DNA of 48,936 nt. Source: an uncultured Ruminococcus sp. Lineage in GTDB: Bacteria > Bacillota > Clostridia > Oscillospirales > Acutalibacteraceae. Shown here piece after piece: positions 28,508 to 37,850 of the stretch; positions within the stretch are counted from its first letter, which is position 1, and each line of letters begins with the position of its first letter. Position numbers and translations under genes: made by a program. The notes under the pieces were generated by a model that searched no databases, had not been told where the DNA came from, and saw only the letters and a program-made list of their open reading frames with translations. The DNA is taken from contig CAYQXN010000001.1 of assembly GCA_964421585.1 (NCBI GenBank), forward strand, positions 1 through 48,936, given 5' to 3'.

Positions 28508-29743
28508 ATGGTTTCAGTAGCAATAATGGGTCACGGTGTTGTTGGCTCAGGCGTAGCCGAAATTCTGACAACACACAAAAAAAAGCTTTTTGCAAGTCTT
28601 GGAGAGGAAATTTATGTAAAGAAAATTCTTGACCTCAGAGAATTTCCCGACAGTCCTCTTGCGGACAAATTCACAAAAAACTTTGATGATATTTTAAATG
28701 ATATAGAAATCAGAGTTGTTATTGAGGTTATGGGCGGACTTAATCCTGCATATGACTATGTTAAAAGGTGTCTTAAGGCGGGCAAAAGCGTTGTTACCTC
28801 AAACAAGGAGCTTGTTGCTGCACACGGTGCAGAGCTTCTGGCAATTTCAAAGGAAGAAAATGTAAACTTCCTGTTTGAAGCATCAGTCGGCGGCGGCATT
28901 CCGATTATACGCCCTATGAGTCAATGTCTTGTTGCAAACAACGTTGACGAAATTGCAGGCATTTTAAACGGTACAACAAACTTTATACTGACTAAGATGA
29001 TTGCAGACGGTATGCAGTTTGAGGACGCATTAAAACTTGCTCAGGAGCTTGGCTTCGCAGAAAGAAACCCTGCTGCCGATATTGAAGGGCATGATGCCTG
29101 CCGCAAAATTTGTATTCTTGCATCACTGGCTTACGGAAAACACGTTTATCCTGACGCAGTACATACTGAGGGCATAACAAAAATTACTCTTGAAGATGTA
29201 AAATATGCCGAATCATTCGGTTGTGTGATCAAACTGATAGGCAAGGTTAAAAAACTTGACGACGGCAGAATTGATATTATCGTTGCACCTATGTTTGTGC
29301 CTAATGAAAGTCAGCTTGCTAACATTGACTATGAGTTCAACGGAATTATGGTAAGAGGAGACTGCACAGGAGACGTTGTGTTCTATGGTAAGGGAGCCGG
29401 CAAGCTTCCTACAGCAAGCGCTGTCGTAGCAGATATTGTTGACTGCTGCAAACATCTTAAAACAAGAAAATATCTCTACTGGACTGACGGTGACGGCAAA
29501 AATATACTGCCTGTTGAAGAGTCTGTCAGCGCAATGTATGTTCGTGCACAGGGCAGCGACATTCTATCAAAGGCTGAAAAGCACTTTGACTCGGTAACTG
29601 TTATTGAAAGAGCTGATACTGCTGATAATGAGACAGCTTTTGTTACATCAGAAATTTCTTGCGGTGAATTTGCTGACAAGATTACTGCACTTGAAAGTGA
29701 TGATGTAAAAATTCTTTCAACAATCCGCATAGGTGATTTGTAA
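28508..29743 (+). CDS. hom: Homoserine dehydrogenase
   Basis: GHGVVGSGV, VVTSNK, FEASVGGGIPII, GILNGTTNFIL, GAGKLPTASAV. Confidence 0.97.
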   Translation: MVSVAIMGHGVVGSGVAEILTTHKKKLFASLGEEIYVKKILDLREFPDSPLADKFTKNFDDILNDIEIRVVIEVMGGLNPAYDYVKRCLKAGKSVVTSNKELVAAHGAELLAISKEENVNFLFEASVGGGIPIIRPMSQCLVANNVDEIAGILNGTTNFILTKMIADGMQFEDALKLAQELGFAERNPAADIEGHDACRKICILASLAYGKHVYPDAVHTEGITKITLEDVKYAESFGCVIKLIGKVKKLDDGRIDIIVAPMFVPNESQLANIDYEFNGIMVRGDCTGDVVFYGKGAGKLPTASAVVADIVDCCKHLKTRKYLYWTDGDGKNILPVEESVSAMYVRAQGSDILSKAEKHFDSVTVIERADTADNETAFVTSEISCGEFADKITALESDDVKILSTIRIGDL

Positions 29744-29816
29744 TTTTTTATGGTTATCTTAACGCTTTAAATACGGGGCAACCCCTTATTGAATTTTACG
29801 GAGGAGTATAGTACAC

Positions 29817-31022
29817 ATGAGTTTGATAGTACAGAAATTCGGCGGCAGCTCAGTTGCCAATGCCGAAAGGGTTATGAATGTTGCGTCAATCATAACCGAT
29901 ACCTACGCTAAAGGAAACGATGTTGTAGTTGTTGTTTCCGCACAGGGAGATACAACAGACGACCTTATTGAAAAGGCTAACGAAATCAATCCGAGAGCCT
30001 CAAAAAGAGAAAAGGATATGCTGCTTGCCGCAGGTGAACAGATTTCAATTTCACTTCTTGCAATGGCTATTGAAAAGCTTGGCTACCATGCGGTTTCTTT
30101 GCTTGGCTGGCAGGCAGGCTTTGAAACCTCTTCAGCACATACAAGCGCAAGGATTAAAAGAGTTGAAGCTTCAAGAATTAAGCGTGAAATCGACAAGAAA
30201 AACATTGTTATCGTAGCAGGCTTCCAGGGCATTTCAAAGTACGGCGACATCACTACTTTGGGCAGAGGCGGTTCCGACACAAGCGCAGTTGCAATTGCGG
30301 CAGCTATGCATGCAGACCTTTGTCAGATATTCACTGATGTTGAAGGTGTTTATACGGCTGACCCTAGAAAGGTAAAGAATGCTTCAAAGCTCAGCGAAAT
30401 TTCATATGATGAAATGCTTGAGCTTGCAACACTCGGCGCCCAGGTGCTGAATAATCGTTCAGTTGAAATGGCTAAAAAATATAATATCGAGCTTGAAGTG
30501 CTTTCAAGTATGACAAAGGCTTCGGGTACAATCGTAAAGGAGAAAACAAAAATGGAAAAAATGTTAATCAGCAGTGTTGCTAAAGATACAGACGTAGCAA
30601 GAATCTCAGTTACAGGCATTCCGAATGTTCCGGGTCTTGCTTTCAAGATGTTTTCAAAGCTCTCGGCAAAGGACATCAATGTTGACATTATTCTTCAGTC
30701 AATAGGTCACGACGGCAAAAAGGACATCAGCTTTACGGTTTCAAAGAGCAGAGGCGAAGAGGCTGTTGAGTGCCTTAAGGATTATATGGAAAATCTCGGT
30801 GCAAGCGAAGTTCTTTATGATGACACTGTAGCAAAAATATCAATTGTTGGCGCAGGTATGGAAAGCCACGCAGGTGTTGCAACAAAGATGTTTGAGGCTC
30901 TTTTTGACGCTCAGATTAACATTCAGATGATCAGCACAAGTGAAATCAAGGTTTCTGTTCTCATTGACGCTGCTGACGCTGACAAGGCAGTAAGTGCAAT
31001 CCACTCAAAATTCTTTGATTAA
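29817..31022 (+). CDS. lysC: Aspartate kinase with two ACT domains
   Basis: VQKFGGSS, TTLGRGGSDTSA, DVEGVYTADP, ISTSEIKVS. Confidence 0.95.
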   Translation: MSLIVQKFGGSSVANAERVMNVASIITDTYAKGNDVVVVVSAQGDTTDDLIEKANEINPRASKREKDMLLAAGEQISISLLAMAIEKLGYHAVSLLGWQAGFETSSAHTSARIKRVEASRIKREIDKKNIVIVAGFQGISKYGDITTLGRGGSDTSAVAIAAAMHADLCQIFTDVEGVYTADPRKVKNASKLSEISYDEMLELATLGAQVLNNRSVEMAKKYNIELEVLSSMTKASGTIVKEKTKMEKMLISSVAKDTDVARISVTGIPNVPGLAFKMFSKLSAKDINVDIILQSIGHDGKKDISFTVSKSRGEEAVECLKDYMENLGASEVLYDDTVAKISIVGAGMESHAGVATKMFEALFDAQINIQMISTSEIKVSVLIDAADADKAVSAIHSKFFD

Positions 31023-31046
31023 TCAGTTTTTTTATATCGTAAAACG

Positions 31047-31084
31047 ACAGGGTAAACTCATTTGGAGTTACCCTGTTTTCTTTT
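31047..31084 (+). terminator. Terminator of hom-lysC
   Basis: ACAGGGTAA-ACTC..GAG-TTACCCTGT followed by TTTCTTTT. Confidence 0.8.
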
Positions 31085-31302
31085 CAATCCCCAAAACAGA
31101 ATGTATTTACCGAACCAAACTCAAAACCTATGAGGAGGCTCGCCTCCTCATAGATGAGTACGTCTATCTACAACCACGAAAGATTACAACCAAAAACAAA
31201 ACTGACTCCGTTAAAAAAACGAAATCAGTTTGTTGCTTAAATTTTAATTTTTACTACCATAAAGGTCTTTTTTATTCTGTCCGCACAATTTGGGGCACTT
31301 CA
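31078..31302 (+). mobile_element. IS3-family remnant: frameshifted transposase OrfB C-terminus plus right inverted repeat
   Basis: Reads FFSIPKTECIYRTKLKTYEEARLLIDEYVY / YNHERLQPKTKLTPLKKRNQFVA* (the end of the IS3 integrase core). Ends with TGTCCGCACAATTTGGGGCACTTCA, i.e. a 5'-TG terminus on the minus strand. Confidence 0.85.
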
Positions 31303-31502
31303 TTTCGGCAAAGCAGGCTTTAAATTTTATAACTATTAAGAAAGCTCCTGTTAAACCATTAACTTCAATTACACCGTCTGATTTGACCGATAACCGGCTG
31401 CAAAACCAGCTTACCGACCTGAAGATGTTTTTTGCAATATATCCGGAAAATATGTCGATAAGTTGTACAAACAGCATTTATGTGTTTTTATTAAGCAGAT
31501 CC

Positions 31503-32823
31503 TTAAATTATACCCTCAGCTTCAAGCTCTTCTATCTTTTCCCAAACAGCCTCGCTTCTGCTGTCCCAACTCATACTGCTAAGACAAATTTTTGAATTAT
31601 ACTCAATTCCGTAGGAATCGACCATTATTTCACCATACTGTAAATCACGGTTAATCATACTGTCGGGATCATTCATTGATTTCTGCAATACTGTGGCATT
31701 ATCAACAGTAATCGTGGGAACAAATCCGTAGTCATAGAATCTTCCGTCTGCATACTGATTTTCGGTACAGTAGCACGCAGCAAGCTCAACCTGAACACCT
31801 GTAAATGTTGTTATATCAGCAAGATACTTTTGAATAAGCGTAACATCGTCAACATTAACGGTGCCGTCATTATTCACATCTCCCGATAAATATCCGCTTG
31901 TCATATCGGTAAAGGAATTATAAAGTGCAAGGTATGCATCGCTGATTGTTTTTTCGTCATTAGTTTTGAATGAATCTCTTAGCTCGTCACGTTTAGCTGT
32001 AAAATCGCTCCATTTCGCTTCATCATAAAATCCGTTTTCATTATTCTCTTCAAGCGAAAGAACATAAGTCTGTTTTGCAAAATACTCATCAATACAAATA
32101 TTATCCATAGCGCTTGAAAGCTTATTTATGGCATTCAGATAATCATCGTTGGTTGCAGAAATATCGGCTATAACACTTTCTGCAATCTGGTAAGCAGCAT
32201 TTAATCTTACAAATGTCTCCATAGAATATGGTCTTGCAACGCCCAACAGACCTTCCCTGACTTCATATTCCGAAATCAAATCCTTAAGTTCATCAACAAG
32301 CTCAGAATCAACCTCACCGGTTGGTGTAGGATATACCGCCAGATTGAGTTTTACTGCAATTTCACTCAGCAGTTCATCATCAACAATATCGGAAGTATAT
32401 GCTTCATAAAGACGATAAAGTTTATTATCGCTATAAAGCATAACTTCATTTGAATTATCATTTATTACATAAATGTATGAGCCTATAACCATATATGTCT
32501 TAATATTAGAGGAAACACCCCAGAAAGCAGGGGCAACAAGTAATGCACCGCTGCTAATAGAGCCATAGTAATCAACCTCAAACATCATCTGTCGTCATCT
32601 GCAAACAGCTTTGCTCAACATAAGCCTCCTTAACATTGAGCTCACTCTCTGCATCAATTTCAACAGTCGAAGGAAGAACAGTTACACCATATTCAGTGAG
32701 GCTTTTTGGAATGTTATAATAATACACACCGGTTTCCATTACTTCTTCAGCTGCAAAAGCCGTGATTGAAAGCGTGCCCATTAACAGAACGACCGCAAGT
32801 ATTAAGCATAATAATTTTTTCAT
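31503..32823 (-). pseudogene. Secreted dockerin-containing protein with helical (FIVAR-like) repeats, split by one extra base near 32580-32594
   Basis: ORF 32578..32823 carries the signal peptide MKKLLCLILAVVLLMGTLSITAFA. ORF 31503..32588 carries GDVNNDGTVNVDDVTLIQKYLA (dockerin). Deleting one base, e.g. one T of GTTTGAG, gives a 439-aa protein reading ..TTDDVEVDYYGS.. Confidence 0.78.
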
Positions 32824-32959
32824 AAAATTCACTCCTTAAAATGTAATTATATCGGCATATCAAAAGGTTGCCCCCCTCATGAATTACCTGCCTATTTATC
32901 ATTTTCTATATAATACTCTCGCTTATTTGCAAAAAGTTATCTACATTCACCTTAATTTT

Positions 32960-32989
32960 ATTATAAATATTTCTCAAAAAAATTGTCAA
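32960..32989 (-). promoter_or_regulatory. SigA-type promoter of the dockerin gene
   Basis: TTGACA-18 bp-TATAAT on the minus strand. Confidence 0.65.
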
Positions 32990-33172
32990 CATTTTTCTAA
33001 TAAACGCTTACGTGAATATTTGTCAACATTCTATAATAACAAACTGCCTGCCAATTCACCAAAAACGCACAGCAGGCAGCACACTCAAAAAGGGTATCGA
33101 CAAATGCACAACATATGTGTTATACTATATTGTAATTGGGTATAATACCTAATACTAAGGAGGTTTTTTATA

Positions 33173-33367
33173 ATGGAAATAACAAAAAATTCAATCATCG
33201 GTGACGTGCTTGACAAATATCCTAACACAGCAGAGCTTTTCTTCAGCATCGGTATGCATTGTCTCGGATGTCCTGCTTCAAGAGGCGAAACAATTGAAGA
33301 GGCTTGTATGGTGCACGGTGCAGATGCTGACGCTCTTATCAACGCACTCAACGCTGCAATTGCATAA
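33173..33367 (+). CDS. DUF1858 small Cys/His protein
   Basis: ITKNSIIGDVL..GMHCLGCPASRGETIEEACMVHG; AAGGAGG RBS. Confidence 0.92.
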   Translation: MEITKNSIIGDVLDKYPNTAELFFSIGMHCLGCPASRGETIEEACMVHGADADALINALNAAIA

Positions 33368-34041
33368 TGAGCAGAAGCTCAGATACACAGCTTGACAATC
33401 GTTTAAGGCTCTGTGCGGATTTTGTCCGAGACGGAGCAAGACTTGCAGACATCGGCACAGACCACGCATATCTACCTGTGTGGCTGTGCCGTATTTGCAG
33501 GTGCCCGTCTGCAATTGCAGCCGACATAAATCCCGAACCTCTAAGGCACGGCGCAAATACTATATCTGAAGCAGGTCTTGACGATATTATCTCTACAAGA
33601 CTCAGCGACGGACTCAAAAACATAAAACAAGACGAAACTGATGATATTGTAATTGCAGGAATGGGCGGCGAGCTGATTTCAAAAATAATCTCCGAATGCA
33701 GTTTTTCAAAAGACAGCTCCAAGCACTTTATACTCCAGCCTATGACAAAAAGCGAGCTGCTTATTGAATGGTTATGCAACAACGGTTATGAAATAATAAA
33801 GCAGGACTGCTGTATAGCCGCAAAAAAATGCTATACTGTTCTGCTTGTTGAATATACAGGAAAAGCATCTGCAAGGGACGAACTTTATTACTATCTGGCA
33901 GAGCTTGACCCCGAAAATAATGAAACTCATCTTTTGTTTGTTCAAAGCCACATCCGCAGGCTTAATAAAAAAGCAAACGGAGATGTGCGCTTTGCTGTGC
34001 TTGCAAAGCGCCTTGAGGATATTATAAAACAAAACCATTAA
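33367..34041 (+). CDS. trmK: tRNA (adenine22-N1)-methyltransferase
   Basis: ADIGTDHAYLP, RLSDGL, IVIAGMGGELI, ILQPM. Confidence 0.93.
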   Translation: MSRSSDTQLDNRLRLCADFVRDGARLADIGTDHAYLPVWLCRICRCPSAIAADINPEPLRHGANTISEAGLDDIISTRLSDGLKNIKQDETDDIVIAGMGGELISKIISECSFSKDSSKHFILQPMTKSELLIEWLCNNGYEIIKQDCCIAAKKCYTVLLVEYTGKASARDELYYYLAELDPENNETHLLFVQSHIRRLNKKANGDVRFAVLAKRLEDIIKQNH

Positions 34042-34053
34042 AAGGAAGCTGTT

Positions 34054-34812
34054 ATGATTACAATAAACGATATAATGAACTATTTTGAGACCTTTGCCCC
34101 GCTGGACGCTCAGATGGATTTTGATAATGCAGGCTTGCTTGTCGGTGACAGGGATACATCCATAACCAAAGTGCTTCTCACGCTTGACATAACCGCCGAT
34201 GTCGTGCTTGAAGCAGAAAAGCTCGGCTGCGAGCTGATAATCAGTCATCACCCTGTAATCTTTAATCCTATAAAAAATATGAAAACCAGAGACGCTGCAT
34301 ATCTGCTTGCAAACAAAGGAATTGCCGCGTTGTGTATGCACACAAATCTTGATCTCGGAACTGAGTTTGGTGTAAACATTGCCCTTGCTGAAGCAATAAA
34401 CGTCAGAAATGCTCAGCTTGCAGAAATCGGAGAATGTCTGTTTATCGGCACGCTTGATAACGACGCAGACATTGAAAGCTTTGCAAGGTGTGTAAAAAAC
34501 TCGCTTGACTGCAACGGTCTGCGTTATACGGATATTAAAAAAACAGTAAAGACCGTTGCCGTTTCTTCGGGAGCAGGCGGTTCAAATGTATTTGAGGCTG
34601 CAAAACTAGGCGCAAATGTGCTTGTCACAGGCGAAATTCACCACCACGAGATAAATGCGGCAAACGCACTTGGACTTGATATTATCGACGTTGGTCACTA
34701 CAAAAGTGAAGATATTGTAATTTTACCGCTTCTCAACAGACTTGCGCAGAATTTTTCTGAAATTGGTTTTACAAAATCGAAAGCATACAGCGATTTTATT
34801 AAATTTATTTAA
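34054..34812 (+). CDS. Nif3-like dinuclear metal centre protein (YqfO/DUF34)
   Basis: DNAGLLVG, IISHHPVIF, MHTNLD, VTGE, GHYKSE. Confidence 0.95.
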   Translation: MITINDIMNYFETFAPLDAQMDFDNAGLLVGDRDTSITKVLLTLDITADVVLEAEKLGCELIISHHPVIFNPIKNMKTRDAAYLLANKGIAALCMHTNLDLGTEFGVNIALAEAINVRNAQLAEIGECLFIGTLDNDADIESFARCVKNSLDCNGLRYTDIKKTVKTVAVSSGAGGSNVFEAAKLGANVLVTGEIHHHEINAANALGLDIIDVGHYKSEDIVILPLLNRLAQNFSEIGFTKSKAYSDFIKFI

Positions 34813-34840
34813 ATTTATAGGAAATTCTTCAAATTGTTTA

Positions 34841-34869
34841 TTGCATACTTTGTAACAATTTGATATAAT
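34841..34869 (+). promoter_or_regulatory. SigA-type promoter of trmB-lipoprotein-TCS
   Basis: TTGCAT-17 bp-TATAAT with TG extension. Confidence 0.72.
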
Positions 34870-34941
34870 AATATGGTAAATAACTATATGTGGTAGTATG
34901 CTGTTTTGTTACAACACAAAATAGCTTTTTGATGAGGTATT

Positions 34942-35610
34942 ATGAGAATACGCAAAAAGAAATGGGCAGAGCCGGAGCTTGCAGTGTGCGACTTCTTTGT
35001 AAAAAATCCCGAGGAGTATGCCGGCAAATGGAAAAAAGCCTTTTCAAAGGAACAGCCGCTTTATCTTGAAATCGGCTGCGGTAAGGGCGGATTTGCAGGT
35101 CAGCTTGCTCTGAATAATCCTGACAAAAATATCATAGCTCTTGACATCAAAATAGATATGCTGGGCGTCGGCAGGCGCACAATTGTAAAGCTTTTTGAAG
35201 AAGCGGGCAAATCTCAGAATGATATAACAAATCTGCTTCTTGTAAACTACAATGTTGAAAAACTTGACTCAATCATTACATCAGACGACAAAATTGACAG
35301 ACTTTTTATAAATTTCTGTAATCCGTGGCCGCGACCCAAGCACAAAAAACGCAGACTTACATACTACAAAAAGCTTGAAATGTACAAAACCTTTCTTAAA
35401 AAGGACAGTGAAATCCGTTTCAAGACTGATGACGACGAGCTGTTTGATGAAAGTCTTGAATATTTTGAACAGAGCGGTTATGAAATCACCTATCTCACAC
35501 GTGACCTGCACTCGGAAAATCTTTCCGATAATATCGAAACAGAGCACGAGAAAATGTTCTCTGAGGAAGGCATCAAAATCAAATACTGCATCGCAAAGCA
35601 GAAGCCTTGA
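34942..35610 (+). CDS. trmB: tRNA (guanine46-N7)-methyltransferase
   Basis: MRIRKKKWA, LEIGCGKGGF, NFCNPWPRPKHKKRRLT, FKTD, TEHE. Confidence 0.97.
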   Translation: MRIRKKKWAEPELAVCDFFVKNPEEYAGKWKKAFSKEQPLYLEIGCGKGGFAGQLALNNPDKNIIALDIKIDMLGVGRRTIVKLFEEAGKSQNDITNLLLVNYNVEKLDSIITSDDKIDRLFINFCNPWPRPKHKKRRLTYYKKLEMYKTFLKKDSEIRFKTDDDELFDESLEYFEQSGYEITYLTRDLHSENLSDNIETEHEKMFSEEGIKIKYCIAKQKP

Positions 35611-35649
35611 TTTTATATTTATGAAAACCACTGACAGGAGGCGTATGGG

Positions 35650-36990
35650 TTGAAGCTGAAGCAGGCTATTGCCGCCGTTTTAATCGGCATAATTTCCACT
35701 GCGGCTCTTTGCGGATGCAATATAACGGATTTTGGTACCGAAAGCCTATTGCGTCCCCCTAAAACAATGGGAAACGAAGCCGCAATTGAGCAGCTTATTG
35801 CTGACTCGGCAAATAATAAATATACCCTCAAATATCCCAAAAACGGCAGCTATCGCAGCGCAATCACAATGACCGACCTTGACGGTGACGGAACTGACGA
35901 AGCTGTTGCTTTCTACCGTGAGGGCGACAATCTCACACAAATACATATGCTTGTTATGTACTCCGATAACGGTGAATGGGAACTTTCTTCGGACAAAGTA
36001 ACCGAAACAACTGACATTGACTGTATTAGCTTTGCTGATGTCAACGGCGACGGCAAGCTTGAAATTCTGGCAGGCTACAATACATACACCCCGAATATCA
36101 ATCTTATTTTTTGTTATTCATATTCTGAGGGAAAAACTACCGATATTACAGCAGGACAAAGCTATTCTTCATTCTATTGCGGTGATTTTAATTCCGACGG
36201 TGATGACGAAATAATTACGCTTCTGCTTTTTACAACCGAAAATGAAGCAAGCGCCTCAATGCTTGACTACAATAAGGATAAAATCTCTCTATATACCAAA
36301 GCGACTGTTTCAATGGATCCAAATGTGGTAAAGTATAAAAACGTAGCCGTTGCTCAATTTGGAGACATCAACGGAATTGTGGTTGACGGTTCATTTTCTA
36401 GTGAGGAAATCAACACACAGATTATTTATTACAACAAGGAGCTTTCGCTCCTCAGAAATCCGCTTTACCGCGAAAAGACAAAAAGCTTCACTCAGCGCAG
36501 TCTTAATATAATTTCAACAGATATTGACGACGACTCGGAGCTTGAAATTCCCGCTACCGAGAAAATGCCATATCCAAAGGACGAATCGGCTGAAAATGCC
36601 GCCGATAAAATTGATTGGTACAGCTTCACTGCCGATGATGAAACGGCTTCTGTCAAATGCACAATGATTGCCGGCAAAAATACGGATTTTGCCTTTACTG
36701 TTCCCGAAGGCTGGGACAGTAATTCCGTAACGGCTTTATACGGAACTGACGGAGACTCAATTGAATTTTATGAATGGAATGAAGGCAATCTCGGTAACAA
36801 GCTGTTTGAGATAAAAGAATTCAGCGTCTCAGACTGGGATATGGGAAAAATCAGCGATAGCTACACTCTTATTTTAAAAAACGATACTACTGCCTACACA
36901 TTTAAAAATGAAAATACAGGCAATGCTTATTCACTGAGCGACGATGAAATCAAAACAGCATTTTATGAGTTTACTCAGTCAACATTATAA
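35650..36990 (+). CDS. Lipoprotein with FG-GAP/VCBS-like Ca-binding repeats
   Basis: Lipobox-like ALCGC; repeats DLDGDGTDE, DVNGDGKLEI, DFNSDGDDEI, DIDDDSELEI; AGGAGG RBS with TTG start. Confidence 0.85.
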   Translation: MKLKQAIAAVLIGIISTAALCGCNITDFGTESLLRPPKTMGNEAAIEQLIADSANNKYTLKYPKNGSYRSAITMTDLDGDGTDEAVAFYREGDNLTQIHMLVMYSDNGEWELSSDKVTETTDIDCISFADVNGDGKLEILAGYNTYTPNINLIFCYSYSEGKTTDITAGQSYSSFYCGDFNSDGDDEIITLLLFTTENEASASMLDYNKDKISLYTKATVSMDPNVVKYKNVAVAQFGDINGIVVDGSFSSEEINTQIIYYNKELSLLRNPLYREKTKSFTQRSLNIISTDIDDDSELEIPATEKMPYPKDESAENAADKIDWYSFTADDETASVKCTMIAGKNTDFAFTVPEGWDSNSVTALYGTDGDSIEFYEWNEGNLGNKLFEIKEFSVSDWDMGKISDSYTLILKNDTTAYTFKNENTGNAYSLSDDEIKTAFYEFTQSTL

Positions 36991-37109
36991 CTTGTGGACG
37001 ACAGTCCGCCGCTCTTTTGAAGTTAAAAAGCAGACTATTACACTTTTTGGAATTTGATAATTCAACACATCAGGCTTTTCCTGATAATTAAACATATGGA
37101 GGTTTTGAT

Positions 37110-37817
37110 ATGAAAAGAATACTTGTTTGTGAAGATGAAGCCGCAATCCGCGACTTTGTCGTAATAAACCTTACTCGTGCAGGCTATGACGTAGTTGAAG
37201 CTGACTGCGGCGAAACGGCTCTTCAGAAATACGAAGAATACAACGGCGATTTTGACGTAGCAATTCTTGATGTTATGATGCCCGGCATTGATGGATTTCA
37301 GGTTTGTAAGGAGCTTAGAAACAAAAACGGCAGTATAGGCATTATTATACTGTCGGCAAAAACTCAGGAAATGGACAAAGTAACAGGTCTTATGCTTGGC
37401 GCAGACGACTATGTTGCAAAGCCCTTCTCTCCAAGCGAACTGCTTGCTCGTGTTGACTCTCTGTACAGACGTGTTGCCCTTGCACAGGCGCGCTCCGAAA
37501 ACAACTTTAAGGAGGAGCTTAAGTCAGGCAATTTTGTTCTCAATCTTCGCAACCGTGCTCTTACAAAGAACGGCAAGATGATTGAGCTTACACAGGTTGA
37601 GTTCCAGATAATGGAATATTTCTTCTCGTATCCCGGAAAACCTCTTGACAGACTTGAAATTCTCAAGCACGTATGGGGTGAAGCATATGTGGGCGAGGAT
37701 AAAATTGTTGACGTAAATATCAGACGACTGAGAATGAAGGTTGAGGATGAGCCCTCAAATCCAAAGCATATTATAACAGTCTGGGGTCTCGGCTACAGAT
37801 GGGATGCAGGCGTCTGA
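37110..37817 (+). CDS. OmpR-family response regulator
   Basis: EDE, LDVMMPGIDG, GADDYVAKPFS, VDVNIRRLRMK, ITVWGLGY. Confidence 0.97.
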   Translation: MKRILVCEDEAAIRDFVVINLTRAGYDVVEADCGETALQKYEEYNGDFDVAILDVMMPGIDGFQVCKELRNKNGSIGIIILSAKTQEMDKVTGLMLGADDYVAKPFSPSELLARVDSLYRRVALAQARSENNFKEELKSGNFVLNLRNRALTKNGKMIELTQVEFQIMEYFFSYPGKPLDRLEILKHVWGEAYVGEDKIVDVNIRRLRMKVEDEPSNPKHIITVWGLGYRWDAGV

Positions 37818-37850
37818 TGATATAAACAATTATAAGGAGGACAACAGCAG

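Noticed and set aside
28434-29816. Lysine riboswitch or T-box for hom-lysC
   Set aside because: The intergenic gaps are only about 74 bp; just a small GGG-GCAA-CCC hairpin near 29776-29785 is present.
30994-31323. 109-aa ORF as a real gene
   Set aside because: It is a chimera of the lysC end, the terminator and the frameshifted IS3 fragment.
31244-31595. Short ORFs between the IS remnant and the dockerin gene
   Set aside because: No RBS or recognisable motif on either strand; may be decayed DNA, but I cannot support a call.
32578-32580. UGA read-through or selenocysteine in the dockerin gene
   Set aside because: The same frame hits another TGA two codons later and a TAG soon after; the continuation is in the +1 frame.
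32879-33145. 88-aa plus-strand ORF
   Set aside because: Spans an AT-rich divergent promoter region; no RBS and no protein-like features.
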